A DNA stretch of 63,998 bases, counting the filler, from a bacterium (GTDB lineage Bacteria; JALSQH01), in NCBI GenBank assembly GCA_026985515.1. It is 8 parts of 8 records of this genome, joined end to end, with 100 filler letters (N's around TTAATTAATTAA, not from the genome) between each part and the next. Parts side by side here need not be neighbours in the genome. Positions count along the whole stretch, not along the records: positions 1 to 14,990 come from JALSQH010000088.1; positions 15,091 to 29,990 come from JALSQH010000089.1; 6 more parts are not named here. The stretch is one strand, 5' to 3'. Positions 9,843 through 21,100 of the stretch are shown piece after piece (within the stretch, counting starts at the first letter, position 1; every line of letters begins with the position of its first letter). Both the position numbers and the translations under genes were made by a program. The notes under the pieces are model-generated. The model was not told the DNA's origin, searched no databases, and saw nothing but the letters and a program-made list of their open reading frames with translations.

Positions 9843-11435
9843 ATGTATGATCCAGACATACAAGTAGCCAGAGTTGAGGTACCGGCAAGGGTTCAGGAAT
9901 ACTTCTATGAGAGAATAAGAACAGGAAAAGATTCCCTTGACCAGATTCTGAGCGAGGTCCTTTATCTTGAAAGAAACAGGATTAAAGAAGAGAAACTTAA
10001 TAAAAGAGTTAAGTCAGATATCCAGTTTCTCAGACGTTTAAACAAGATCTTAAACAGAGGAAGCGAAGAAGAGAAAAAGGAAATTTTTGAAGAACTGGTA
10101 AATAGATATCTTGTTGAAATTACAGGTCATTTCAGTAAGCCTGTGTATAAATTTGCCACAATTGTTCTTCCCAGAGCCATAGGTCTCATGCTGAACCCTC
10201 TTTCTATTAAAAAGCTCATTGAAGATTTTCCCAATTTGCCATCTGTGGAGAATAATATCCATATTTCCGGAGAGATCGATTTGCTAAAATCTCTGTACAG
10301 GAAAGGAACTATCATTCTCACCCCCACCCACCAGAGCAATCTGGATTCACCCATTATTGGGCTTGCGATTTACATGATGGGGTTTGATCCTTTTCTCTAT
10401 GGGGCTGGTTTGAATCTCTTTGAAAATCCTGTCTTCAGTTTCTTCATGCACAATCTTGGAGCATACACTGTGGACAGGAAAAAGAAAAATGAAGTTTATC
10501 ATAAGACTCTGCGTGAATATGCTATATTTGCGCTGGAAAGGGGCTACAACATGCTCTTTTTCCCGGGGGGTACAAGGAGCAGAAGTGGTGCTGTGGAGAA
10601 AAGGCTCAAAAAGGGTTTGCTTGGAACGGGGATTAAAGCGTATATAAATAATCTTCTGCTCAAAAGGGAAAAACCAGATATATTTGTGGTTCCGCTGAAC
10701 ATGTCATATCAGCTTGTTCTGGAGGCTGAGACACTTATTGATGATTATTTAAAGGAAAGTGGAAAGTCTCGTTACATCATTGAGGATGATGAATCAAGCA
10801 AAATTGAAAAAATGGCTCTGTTTATCGCCAAGTTGTTTTCACTTGACGCACAGATATACCTGCGTGTTGGTAAAGCCATTGATGTTTTTGGTAATTTTGT
10901 GGATGATGAAGGAATATCTTATGACCAGAGAGGAAGGAGAGTTAACAGAGTTGATTATCTTACTGAAAATGGCGAAATTGTCCTGGATGATCAGAGAGAC
11001 AGAGTGTACACAGATGAGCTTGGTGAAACAATTTTGAAGGAATTCAAGAGAAACAATATTGTTCTCACCAATCATCTTGTATCCTTTGTTGCTTTTGAAA
11101 TCTTCCGGAAGTATCATAGAGATATTGATCTATATAAACTTGTAAAAATAGGTGTTACTTACAAAGGTATTCCCCTCCGGGATCTTGCCAGAAGTGTGGA
11201 CAAGTTAAAATCAGAACTGGTGAAGATGCATGAAAATGATCAAATTTTCCTGAGTCCAGAAGTGCTGAATTACAATGCTCTTGATATCATCAATGATGCG
11301 TTGAGATATGGAAGTATATACCACAAGAACGCTTTTCTCTACAGAGTAGGGGATAAAATATATTCGGATGATCTTGCAGTTTTATTCTACTATCATAACA
11401 GACTTGATGGGTATGGTTTAGAACAGAAGGTATGA
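9843..11435 (+). CDS. Glycerol-3-phosphate/lysophospholipid acyltransferase (PlsB/PlsC superfamily)
   Basis: PTHQSNLD (HX4D), LGAYTVDR, FFPGGTRSRSG acyltransferase blocks; adjacent to gpsA. Confidence 0.88.
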   Translation: MYDPDIQVARVEVPARVQEYFYERIRTGKDSLDQILSEVLYLERNRIKEEKLNKRVKSDIQFLRRLNKILNRGSEEEKKEIFEELVNRYLVEITGHFSKPVYKFATIVLPRAIGLMLNPLSIKKLIEDFPNLPSVENNIHISGEIDLLKSLYRKGTIILTPTHQSNLDSPIIGLAIYMMGFDPFLYGAGLNLFENPVFSFFMHNLGAYTVDRKKKNEVYHKTLREYAIFALERGYNMLFFPGGTRSRSGAVEKRLKKGLLGTGIKAYINNLLLKREKPDIFVVPLNMSYQLVLEAETLIDDYLKESGKSRYIIEDDESSKIEKMALFIAKLFSLDAQIYLRVGKAIDVFGNFVDDEGISYDQRGRRVNRVDYLTENGEIVLDDQRDRVYTDELGETILKEFKRNNIVLTNHLVSFVAFEIFRKYHRDIDLYKLVKIGVTYKGIPLRDLARSVDKLKSELVKMHENDQIFLSPEVLNYNALDIINDALRYGSIYHKNAFLYRVGDKIYSDDLAVLFYYHNRLDGYGLEQKV

Positions 11436-12436
11436 AAAGAAAAAGTGAAAAGTCGGGAGTAGGTGTCATTGGTGGAGGCAGCTGGGGGACAACCATTGCT
11501 CAGCTGCTTGCGAGAAAGAGAAACAGGGTAATTTTGTGGGTGAGGGATGAGGCTCTGGCCAGGGAAATTAATGAAAAAAGGATTAACTCAAAGTATTTCC
11601 CGGCGCACAGGTTGAGTTCCCTTATTGAGGCAACCACGAGTATGGCAAAGGTGGCTGATGAATCCCAGGTTATTTTTGTGGTTGTACCATCAAGAGTGTT
11701 CAGGGAAGTGGTGAGAAGACTTGGAGATTTCCTTCACGGTGAGCATATTCTTATATCCGCGACAAAAGGGATCGAGGATGAAACATTTAAAAGAATGTCG
11801 GAGATTATCAAAGAAGAAACTCCTGTAAAGAAAGTGGGAGTACTGTCGGGACCAAATATTGCAGAAGAGATAATGAGGGGTCATCCATCTGCTACCATTG
11901 TTGCTTCAAGATTTGAACTGGTGAAGAGTAAAGTAATATCTCTCCTCAATCATAGATTATTCAATGTGTATGGCAGCAGTGATGTAACAGGGGTGGAACT
12001 GGCAGGAACATTCAAGAACATTGTGGCAATTGCGTCTGGTATAGCCCACGGAAAGGGATTTGGAGTGAACACATTTTCTTATCTAATGACCGAAGGCCTT
12101 CGCGAAATGAAAATACTTGGTGAAGCTATGGGAGCGGAGGGGGATACTTTCATTTCTCTTGCTGGAATAGGGGATCTCATTGCCACCTGTACAAGTCAAT
12201 ACAGTAGAAATTTCCGTTTTGGAAAGGCTCTTTCAGAAGGTTTATCACCGGATGAAGCTTTGAAAAAGGTAAATCAGACTGTTGAAGGTATATACGCAGC
12301 AAAAGTGATGTATCATTATGCTGAAAAACATGGGGTTAATCTTCCACTTCTCACAGCAATTCATGATGTTATTTACAGAGGATTAAAAGTTGAAGATGCC
12401 ATTGAAAAACTTACCAGAGTTCCTCAGGAAGAGTAA
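11432..12436 (+). CDS. gpsA: NAD(P)H-dependent glycerol-3-phosphate dehydrogenase
   Basis: VIGGGSWGTT, ATKGIE, LSGPNIA, KNIVAIASG, GIGDLIATC, SRN. Confidence 0.95.
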   Translation: MKRKSEKSGVGVIGGGSWGTTIAQLLARKRNRVILWVRDEALAREINEKRINSKYFPAHRLSSLIEATTSMAKVADESQVIFVVVPSRVFREVVRRLGDFLHGEHILISATKGIEDETFKRMSEIIKEETPVKKVGVLSGPNIAEEIMRGHPSATIVASRFELVKSKVISLLNHRLFNVYGSSDVTGVELAGTFKNIVAIASGIAHGKGFGVNTFSYLMTEGLREMKILGEAMGAEGDTFISLAGIGDLIATCTSQYSRNFRFGKALSEGLSPDEALKKVNQTVEGIYAAKVMYHYAEKHGVNLPLLTAIHDVIYRGLKVEDAIEKLTRVPQEE

Positions 12437-13316
12437 AACTGTTAAGAGGAATATTTATCCTGAGAGAATTGATTCTGTTTTTTATCCTCTGGTTATTTTC
12501 AGAGAACGTGACTCCTTTCCTGCGACCGGGAGAGTAATAATCAGCGATATTGATAAAACCTACCTGAACACCGATTTTGAATCCTTAAAGGGGCTTATGT
12601 GGATACCTCTTGAGGTGGCTGTTGATAAAGTGACCATTGACAGAATGAATCTTGTTTATCAGGCGCTGCGGCATGGTAGGGGGGATCAACCTGTTTTGAC
12701 GCCTTTTGTATTTGTAACTGCTTCTCCACCATTTCTTTTTTCTCCTTTGAGTGACAAGATGCTGAGGGATGGTGTGGAGTATGACGTTATAGCGATGAAA
12801 GATCAGCCTGCACTTTTCAAGAGATTTGAATTTGATCAATTAAGGTCTCAGGTTACATTTAAACTCTTTGCTCTATTTGAGATTTTGAGGCTGATGGATG
12901 GGAAAAGACATTCACTCATATTATTCGGAGACGATACAGAAAGTGATCTTCAAATTTATCTACTTTTTAAGAAAATAGTTGAAGAAAAACCACGGATGTT
13001 TAGAGTAGCAGATTTGTTGCTTGAAAATGGAGTTTCTCTCAAGTACATGGAGAAGCTGCTAAAGTTGATAAGAGAGTTTTACACGATGAATGTTTCAATA
13101 AAGGTTGATTATATTTTTATCTATCTTTCAAAGGGAGAATTTTTACCAGGAGGTGTTTATCCACCAGTAGTTGAATATACCTCTTCCTCACAGGTGGCAA
13201 TTTTCCTGTTTGAAAAGAAATTGATAAACAGGTATTATTTAGAAAAAATTGTTTCACCGGAGAGTGAAGAGTATTTTCTTGCTACGGAATGGTTAAGAGA
13301 TTACGGATACCTGTGA
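12390..13316 (+). CDS. HAD-family phosphatase, App1/DUF2183-like
   Basis: ISDIDKT (DxDxT motif I), FVTASP (motif II), FKL (motif III), LFGDDTESD (motif IV); exact start uncertain. Confidence 0.72.
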   Translation: MKMPLKNLPEFLRKSKTVKRNIYPERIDSVFYPLVIFRERDSFPATGRVIISDIDKTYLNTDFESLKGLMWIPLEVAVDKVTIDRMNLVYQALRHGRGDQPVLTPFVFVTASPPFLFSPLSDKMLRDGVEYDVIAMKDQPALFKRFEFDQLRSQVTFKLFALFEILRLMDGKRHSLILFGDDTESDLQIYLLFKKIVEEKPRMFRVADLLLENGVSLKYMEKLLKLIREFYTMNVSIKVDYIFIYLSKGEFLPGGVYPPVVEYTSSSQVAIFLFEKKLINRYYLEKIVSPESEEYFLATEWLRDYGYL

Positions 13317-14678
13317 ATGAATAAATTACGAAAAGCTCTGCTTTTTCTTTTTCTTATTTGTCTTAATGGTTCAGTTGTTTTACTGGCTGAAGAGGATCTT
13401 TATCTAAAATACAAAACTCTCGTTCAGCAGTTTCCCGATAACCCTGTTTATCATTACAATCTTGGAATAATTCTTGCAGAAAGAGGAAACTTATCTGAAG
13501 CAGAGAAAGAGGTGGAGAAGGCAGCAGAACTTGAGGAAAAGCCTGAATTTTACTATTCCCTTGGGATGATAAGAAAAGATCTTGGTAAAGTGGACGAAGC
13601 CATTGTGTCTTTTAAAAAAGCCCTTTCTCTAAAGCCAGATTATGTTGATGTTTTTCTTCCTCTTGCCAGACTATTGCACAAGAAAGGGAAAGATGATGAG
13701 GCACTCAGATATCTTGAAAGTGGATTGATTCTGGCTCCTGATAATGTTGATATGCTGATGCTTGATGCGAGGATTTCCGGAGAAATGGGACTTTTTTCAA
13801 GAACCATTAATGACCTCAAACATGTTGTGCAGATTGATCCTTCCAATTTAGAAGCTCACTATTTCCTTTATCAGGTTTATTTTAATCTGGGCAATTTTGA
13901 CCTTGCTCTTAAAGAAATTTTTTTCGTGGAAACACTCGATCCCCGGAATTATAAAGTTTATCTGGAGAAGGGCAGGGTTCTTCAAAAGATGAAACGTTAC
14001 AGTGAATCCAGAAAGGCTCTTGAGAAGGCGATAAAACTGAATCCCGGATGTTCTATTTGTTACAGTATACTTGCCATGGATCTTTATTTTTTGAAAGATT
14101 ATGCTGGCGCTCTTTTAAATTTTAAAAAATCCCTGCAGATTCATTATGATGAGACTGTAGCCAGCAATTACAGTAAGTTGCTTTCATATATTTCAGCAGT
14201 AACACTTGATATGATGAATGGAAGTAATCTGGATAAAGCGGAGAAATATGCCAGATTACTTGTTCAGGTTGAACCGGCAAATCCATCATATATGGTGCTC
14301 CTGGGAATGGTTTTGTTGAACAAAGGAGAATGTGAGGAGAGTATCAGGATTTTGTCTGAAGCGGTTGAAAAGGAATACAGTAAACCTGAAGTTGTTTACT
14401 ACAATCAGGGTATCTGCTATTTTAAACTTGGGAAGTATAATGAAGCTGAAAAGGTGTATGAAAAGGTTGTCAGGAAGAGGCCTGATTTTGCAGAGGCGTG
14501 GTACAATCTTGGGAGTACTTATGAAAAGGAGGGGAAAAAAGAGAAAGCGATTCTCGCTTATCTAAGATTTATTTCCCTTAAACCAGATTCAACACTGGTA
14601 CCGCTGGTTAAGCACAAAATATCGGTTCTCAGGGGAAGCCTCACTCATACTTCAACTTCGGTTGACGGGCAGCCCTGA
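13317..14678 (+). CDS. Exported tetratricopeptide repeat protein
   Basis: Signal peptide followed by about 10 TPRs (YHYNLG...A...A...P, AWYNLG...). Confidence 0.9.
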   Translation: MNKLRKALLFLFLICLNGSVVLLAEEDLYLKYKTLVQQFPDNPVYHYNLGIILAERGNLSEAEKEVEKAAELEEKPEFYYSLGMIRKDLGKVDEAIVSFKKALSLKPDYVDVFLPLARLLHKKGKDDEALRYLESGLILAPDNVDMLMLDARISGEMGLFSRTINDLKHVVQIDPSNLEAHYFLYQVYFNLGNFDLALKEIFFVETLDPRNYKVYLEKGRVLQKMKRYSESRKALEKAIKLNPGCSICYSILAMDLYFLKDYAGALLNFKKSLQIHYDETVASNYSKLLSYISAVTLDMMNGSNLDKAEKYARLLVQVEPANPSYMVLLGMVLLNKGECEESIRILSEAVEKEYSKPEVVYYNQGICYFKLGKYNEAEKVYEKVVRKRPDFAEAWYNLGSTYEKEGKKEKAILAYLRFISLKPDSTLVPLVKHKISVLRGSLTHTSTSVDGQP

Positions 14679-14990
14679 CCTCATCAAGGCGGGATACGAG
14701 GGTATTCTCTGGCGCATTTCTTATTTTTTCAGGATTTTTTTCAGCCTCTTCAGCAATTTCAATCATTGCATTTATAAACTGGTCGAGTTCCTCTTTACTT
14801 TCAGTTTCAGTTGGTTCAATCATTATTGCATCTTTAACCACCAGCGGAAAGTAAACTGTGGGTGGGTGAAATCCCCTGTCAATGAGTGCTTTGGCAATAT
14901 CCATCGTTGTAACATGATTTTTCATCTGATACCTGTCAGTAAATACAACTTCATGCATTGAAGGGGTTTCAAAGGGAAGATGAAAATGTT
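14641..14990 (-). CDS. gcvPB: Glycine dehydrogenase subunit 2, C-terminal fragment (truncated by linker)
   Basis: [49 protein letters not shown]. Confidence 0.92.
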
Positions 14991-15090
14991 NNNNNNNNNN
15001 NNNNNNNNNNNNNNNNNNNNNNNNNNNNNNNNNNTTAATTAATTAANNNNNNNNNNNNNNNNNNNNNNNNNNNNNNNNNNNNNNNNNNNN
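14991..15090. other. Artificial contig linker
   Basis: N44-TTAATTAATTAA-N44 six-frame stop spacer. Confidence 0.99.
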
Positions 15091-15385
15091 GTATGCCAGA
15101 AAAGTCAAAATGAAGTATGGCAAAACTGTTCCTCAGAGGAGTGGGATTCCTCCCTATGTAGGTATCCCCAAATAACTCCTCAAAATGCTCCTTCATCCTG
15201 ATGTCGTAGTAATGCTCCAAAATGGAGAGAAAGAGAGATTTACCAAATCTGCGGGGACGGAGAAAGAAGAGATAACGACTGCCAAGTTTCTCCAGTTCTG
15301 GAATAAAATGGATCTTATCCACAAAATAGTAATTATCCCTCTTCAGCGAATCATAATTGGCAATACCATAGGGGATCTTCTTCAT
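15091..15385 (-). CDS. AAA-ATPase-like protein, N-terminal fragment (family usually fused to a PD-(D/E)XK domain)
   Basis: MKKIPYGIANY...YFVDK...FLRPRRFGKSL Walker A; start reassigned to ATG 15385. Confidence 0.88.
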
Positions 15386-15391
15386 GGGTAT

Positions 15392-15400
15392 ATTATAGCA
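15392..15400 (-). promoter_or_regulatory. Extended -10 promoter (likely leaderless transcript)
   Basis: TGCTATAAT 6 nt upstream of ATG 15385; no Shine-Dalgarno sequence. Confidence 0.6.
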
Positions 15401-15575
15401 GAGGGAGGGGAAAAGGGAAAGAATGCGCTTTAGCTCCAAAATAATCTTACCGAAAGCCGAGATCCTCAATAAAAATCTGGTCAATCCAGTATCTGCTTTT
15501 TATCTCTACAAATCAGCACATCTTCCGTTATCCAGAAGGTGACTCCAGATAAAGGAATTTTATTTACCCAATATC

Positions 15576-16712
15576 TCATAATTGAGATTTTGAGATATTG
15601 AGAAAAATTGAAACCACCCTTTGGGTTGCCATTCTCAGAAGAGGCCCTGAATTTTTTAGAACAAATTCAAAATTAACAAAATCTGTTACAATGGGGAAAA
15701 GAATATCAAATTTTTCAAAAAGATCAGACTCCGAATAACTCAACACCCCGGATATGGCAGCAACCTTTTTCCCCGCATCTTTTGAAATTTCAAGAACCCT
15801 TCCAGGTATCTTGCCGTAGAAACTCTGTTCATCAATTCTGCCCTCACCGGTTATAACCAGTTTTATCTCTTCATCCCTCAGCTTATCCACAAGACCCGAG
15901 ATTTTTATTATCTCTTCGCTTCCCCTTCTCACCTCTGCTCCCAGAAAAGCACTCAGGAAAGCAGGAACACCCCCCGCTGCACCACCACAGCAGACATTCT
16001 CCGGATTAACTCCGGTGATTCTCTGAGTAAGCTTTGCAAAATAGCTCAGGTTTCTCTCAAGTAACTCCACATCTTCCTTTCCCGCCCCCTTCTGGGGTGC
16101 ATAAACATGTGCGGCACCACTCTCACCAAGGAGGGGATTCTCAACATCGGACAGGATGACCAGATTCCTTCCCCTTCTTTTAAGCTCAGCGGGTATTTTA
16201 ACGGCACCTATCCTGTGAAGATTCCCGCCAGCGGGGATGAACTCCTTCCCGCCAACATCTATGAACTTCACCCCCAGAGCCGCGAGTATCCCTGCTCCAC
16301 CATCCACTGTGGCGCTTCCACCCACGGCAAGAAAAACTTTCTTCCCGGTGGAGAGAGCATATCTCAATAATTCCCCCGTTCCATATGTGGTGGTTATCAG
16401 CGGGTTAAGTTCTTCACTTTTTAAGAGTTTCATACCCGAGGCAGAAGAGAGTTCAACCCACACGGAGTCACCACCTTCCAGCAATTCAGCCTCCCTTTCC
16501 CTCCCCAGAGGATCATGAACCCTCACCTTCAGGAATCTCCCGCCAATATAGAAGTGGACAACTTCCAGAGTCCCATCTCCTCCATCTGCAAGGGGAAGGG
16601 AGATTACACCACACCACTCACACGCATCTTTCACCCCCTTCTCCATCCATTTCACCGCTTCAGCGGAAGAAAGGGTGCCCTTAAATGAATTTGGAGCAAG
16701 TATGATTTTCAT
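15576..16712 (-). CDS. glxK: Glycerate kinase (GlxK/GarK family)
   Basis: APNSFKGTLS, PLADGGDGT, TTYGTGEL, GGSATVDGGAG, YAPQKGA, ITGEGRIDEQS. Confidence 0.93.
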   Translation of the reverse strand: MKIILAPNSFKGTLSSAEAVKWMEKGVKDACEWCGVISLPLADGGDGTLEVVHFYIGGRFLKVRVHDPLGREREAELLEGGDSVWVELSSASGMKLLKSEELNPLITTTYGTGELLRYALSTGKKVFLAVGGSATVDGGAGILAALGVKFIDVGGKEFIPAGGNLHRIGAVKIPAELKRRGRNLVILSDVENPLLGESGAAHVYAPQKGAGKEDVELLERNLSYFAKLTQRITGVNPENVCCGGAAGGVPAFLSAFLGAEVRRGSEEIIKISGLVDKLRDEEIKLVITGEGRIDEQSFYGKIPGRVLEISKDAGKKVAAISGVLSYSESDLFEKFDILFPIVTDFVNFEFVLKNSGPLLRMATQRVVSIFLNISKSQL

Positions 16713-16713
16713 A

Positions 16714-18015
16714 TCAAAAGATAAAGGGGAGTTCGTTTCGTTTATTCAACCTTCCCCTGAAGAATTTAAACAAGATGTGACCCCTCTCAATTTTTTCTTC
16801 CTTTAACCTCTCTATCCACCTTTTTCTAAAATCTCTTATTCTCTCAATATAATCCTCCCGAAGTGTCTCGGTGTAATTTTTCAAAAGTTCCCCAACAAAC
16901 TCTTTTTCTATCCTGTCTCTTTCAGCTCTGTACTCATTGAAAAGATACCATCTGTTTATCAGCATCCTTACCAGAACCTCATGTTCCCACCACCAGGAGC
17001 CCTGGGTAAACACCCCATGTGGAGGAGAATCTTCAGGGATAAATTCATCAGAGGAAAATTTCACAGGTATGAAAAAGGATGTACATGGAAGGGAGGTGCC
17101 TGTGAAAAAAATGTCAAATTCTCCCTTACCCCGATATCTCACCACCATTGAATTTGCAGTCTGGCTTATCCTCACAAGAGGATCCACAGCATGCATACAC
17201 AGATCAGAATTACCACCCTTTGCAGGGTGAAAATCCTCCGATGAATGAGCTCTGTGAAGATCAAAAATTTTCCAGAGATCCACCTTTCCCATCTCTTTCA
17301 ATTTTCTCCCGAAAAGTTTTTTCCTCTCCTTTCCTCCAGCAAATGTGGTATAGAGCCAATCACTGTATGTTTTGAAAAGATCAATTTTGCCCCTATACGA
17401 AACGACCTTCCTTACATTTTTTCCTATTCCTTCAGAGACCTCATCATAGTCCGTTGAAAGGGAAATAATGTTGGATATTGATGTACTTCCATCGACCTCT
17501 CTGAAAGCCCATTCCCTGCCGTAAGTTTCAAGAACTATCGCACCCTTGCCATCGACAATTAAAAAAGAATTGTCGTAGCGCAATTTCTTATTTCTATGCC
17601 CACAGGGACCTTCCTGTCCATACTCAGCAAGCAAAGATGTAATAACCTCAACAGCTTCCTCCCTGTTTTTTGCTCTCTCAAGGGCGAGGCGAAGAAGGTC
17701 CATCCCGATGAGACCATAACTATCTTCCCTCTTCACCTTTGTGAAAATCGCCTCATTGCCGATGGCAAGACCAAACTCATTCACACCCATTTCTGCTCCC
17801 CAGATCCAGTAGGGACGGGAGATGATGATCCCGTAGGTGTGTCTGACCTGGGGGATTTCAATGTATGTGGCCCTTAACCCTGCTCCGTCGGGATGGTCCT
17901 GCAGGGGGTGGATCTCCACCACCTGAGCCTCATCGGGCTCCCTGTCAGAATTCTTTCCAAAGTAAAAACTGCCATCTTCTGTATCTGCAGGGAAGATCAC
18001 ATATGTGTCACACAT
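16714..18015 (-). CDS. Peptidase C69/secernin-like Ntn hydrolase
   Basis: MCDT N-terminal nucleophile Cys, FGKNSDREPDEAQ, WGAEMGVNE, GMDLLRLALER; start reassigned to 18015. Confidence 0.9.
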   Translation of the reverse strand: MCDTYVIFPADTEDGSFYFGKNSDREPDEAQVVEIHPLQDHPDGAGLRATYIEIPQVRHTYGIIISRPYWIWGAEMGVNEFGLAIGNEAIFTKVKREDSYGLIGMDLLRLALERAKNREEAVEVITSLLAEYGQEGPCGHRNKKLRYDNSFLIVDGKGAIVLETYGREWAFREVDGSTSISNIISLSTDYDEVSEGIGKNVRKVVSYRGKIDLFKTYSDWLYTTFAGGKERKKLFGRKLKEMGKVDLWKIFDLHRAHSSEDFHPAKGGNSDLCMHAVDPLVRISQTANSMVVRYRGKGEFDIFFTGTSLPCTSFFIPVKFSSDEFIPEDSPPHGVFTQGSWWWEHEVLVRMLINRWYLFNEYRAERDRIEKEFVGELLKNYTETLREDYIERIRDFRKRWIERLKEEKIERGHILFKFFRGRLNKRNELPFIF

Positions 18016-18121
18016 CATATAAAGGATAGCATCACATACTCTCTTATTCAACACTTTATCCAGAATTGCCCAACAAACTCATATGTGGTAAACTCTAACT
18101 ATCAAAGATGGAGGGGGATCA

Positions 18122-21100
18122 ATGAAAAAGGTCTTGCTGTTTTCCTTCATTTTTTTTATTTTTCTCGGATGCAGTGAAAATAACAGGAAGACATCAATGG
18201 TAATCATTCATTTCCCTGGCATCGAAAGAAACAGAATATACAGTGGCTTCAATCCACTCCTTGAAGATAAAGAGGGTAATGAAATAACGGGAATTGGACT
18301 GGCAATAAGAACAAACGGAAAAACTGTAAAAAAAATATCCACCAGGTACCAGAGCAGTGTAACAGTTGAACTTGAATCAAGGAAAAGATATATTTTTGAA
18401 GCATTCGCATGGGCTGATAAAGATGACAGGGAATCCCCATACATAATCTATTCGGGCAAAACCACCAGATATATTGATCAACCACGCGAAGAAATTGAAA
18501 TAATTCTCAATTCACGAATTCATCTGGTTAAAGTTAACTTTAATTTCGGATCAGAAAAATTTCCCAGAATATCTTTCGTTTCAGATTTTCTTGCCACTGA
18601 AACACCATTTATTCAGATGTTAAATTTGCAACGCTTAAAAATCAATTCGCTTTATCTTCCACAGAATTTTCCCGTAAAAGTCCTGGCAATCACACCTGAG
18701 GGGGATAGATCTGTACAGAAAAATCTGATCCCCTCCAGCAATCTCAATGTGGATCTCTCTCGCTGGACTTCTGAAAGGATCCAGAATTCATATTTAGCTT
18801 CACTACACGGATCAGCAGTCAAATATGGGAAACCTCTCCTGGATGGAATCATTTTTCTTGTAAACCAGAATTACTTATACCAGCCCCAGCCACTCCATAT
18901 AACTGAGCTTCCATCCATAGATATTCTGGCGGGAATCTCAGAATCAATAGGTGAGATAAAAAATGGAAAGTATGAACTCACAAACATTTTGCCCGGAAAA
19001 TATTATGCAATCTTCATAGCCAATAAGGATGGTTCCACCAGGGTAGAAGATATTTTTGAGGGGCTAACCAGTGATCCCCTCTCCCTCGGTACAATCTACA
19101 ATGTAAAAGCTCAATATGTAAATCTGAGACCGGGTGATCTGGTAAAGCTGGAGACAGTTGACCTCACCCCACCACTCACATATTTAACCCGATATCCCAC
19201 ATATCCAAAACCACTGACCTACACGGGTACAGTATCAGGTACTTCGGCTCTTTTTGAATTTTTCTCTTCCGCAGAGTATGCAATTTTTGAATGCAGTCTT
19301 GACGGAGGAGAATGGCATCTGTGCACATCCCCCTACAGCGTAAAAGTTGATGAAGGTATCCACACATTCAGTGTCAGGAGTATTGATCAGTATGGCAATC
19401 TGGGACCGGTGGTAACATATTCCTGGATTGTAAAAATAACAAAATGGAGAACAATCTCTACTGGACCCTCTCACGCATGTGGTGTAAAAGATGATGGCAC
19501 ACTCTGGTGCTGGGGTTACAACTCGGAAGGAGAAGTGGGGGAACCGGGCAGAAGTTTCATAAGTTATCCTGAACAGATTTCTCCAACCATTGAATGGGTT
19601 ACAGTCTCGGCAGGTTACAATCATACCTGTGGAATTGATATAAATGGTGATCTCTACTGCTGGGGAGACAATTCATATGGAGAACTGGGAAACGGCACAT
19701 TTGAAAATTCTCCCTATCCTGTGAAAGTTCTCTCATCTGAAAAATGGAGTGATGTTAAAGCAGGTTATCTCTTTACCTGTGGACTCACGACTGACAACAT
19801 AATGGAGTGCTGGGGAGATAACACCTCGGGTAAACTTGGTGACGGTGGTATTGAGGGATACAGAAACTATCCTTCACCCGTGACAGGCCCTTTTTACTGG
19901 GAGAAATTTGCTGTGGGTGATAACCACACCTGTGCCATAAACATGAATGATCATACAGTATGGTGCTGGGGCAAAAATAATAACTACCAGCTTGGGATAA
20001 CAACAGTCTCATATTCCTCTTCGCCAACACGAGCCTCTACCAGAAGATGGCTGGATATTTCGGCGAGCAGTGACCATACCTGTGCAGTTTCGGAAGATGG
20101 ATCTCTCTGGTGCTGGGGATATGAAAATTATTTCCCGGGAGATGTTGAGTTCTACTATGGTATGACGCAGGGATCCACCGGTAACCCCCCTCATAAAGTT
20201 ACTGACTCAACCGACTGGACCAGTGTGAGCTGTGGGGTACACCAGAACTGCGCTTTGAAGAATGATGGATCGCTTTGGTGCTGGGGTAGAAATGTGAGAG
20301 GTGTGTTGATGGATCTTCAGGGTAACATCATCCTCACCCCGGTGCAAACAGGTACATCCAGCTGGCAAAAAATAAGCATCGGAGATGATTATATATGTGC
20401 CATTAAAGATGATGGAACATTGTGGTGCTGGGGTAAAAACAATGAGGGCGAAGTGGGAACAGGTGAATCAGGCATAACACTCTATCCAGAGTATATTTCC
20501 TCAAAAACGATAGACAACTTCGCTTTACTTTCAGCAGGATCCAGCTTTGTAATTGCCACATCATATGATTCAAGTGAACTGTATGGATGGGGTAAAAACA
20601 TTGATCATGAGATATTCTCATATCCGGAATTGTTAACCGAGTCTCCCTTCTTCATGGGGAAAATAACAGAGGTTTCATATATCTCCTCAGGATTCAACCA
20701 TGTGTGTGTCATAGCAGGGAGCAGTGACTCTCTCCTCTGCTGGGGTGATAACAGTGCAGGAGAAATTGGCAACGGTATAACCTCAGACTCTGTAACATCC
20801 CCCACAACCGTCACCTCTGGTGTCTTTCAGGTCTCAGCAGGGGCTGGTTACACCTGTGCCATATTCAGCGACTCAGCATTGAAATGCTGGGGTACCAATA
20901 ATCGTGGACAGTTAGGTACAGGTAATACACAGGAACTTCACTCTCCAACCCTTATCGGCACCAACTGGCAGTACATTTCCACCTCAAAATTTCCATGGCA
21001 TCAGTCCACATGTGGTATCAAAACAGACGGCTCACTATGGTGCTGGGGTGATAACAACTGGGGTCAGGGTGGAAGTGGATTCTATTCAGAAAAAATAACC

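Noticed and set aside
14641-14678. 38-nt convergent overlap of the TPR gene and gcvPB
   Set aside because: Short tail-to-tail overlaps are common in compact genomes; no evidence of function.
15091-15385. AAA-ATPase fragment as part of a defence system
   Set aside because: Only the N-terminal ~98 aa are visible, the family is widespread as stand-alone paralogues, and no partner genes can be seen.
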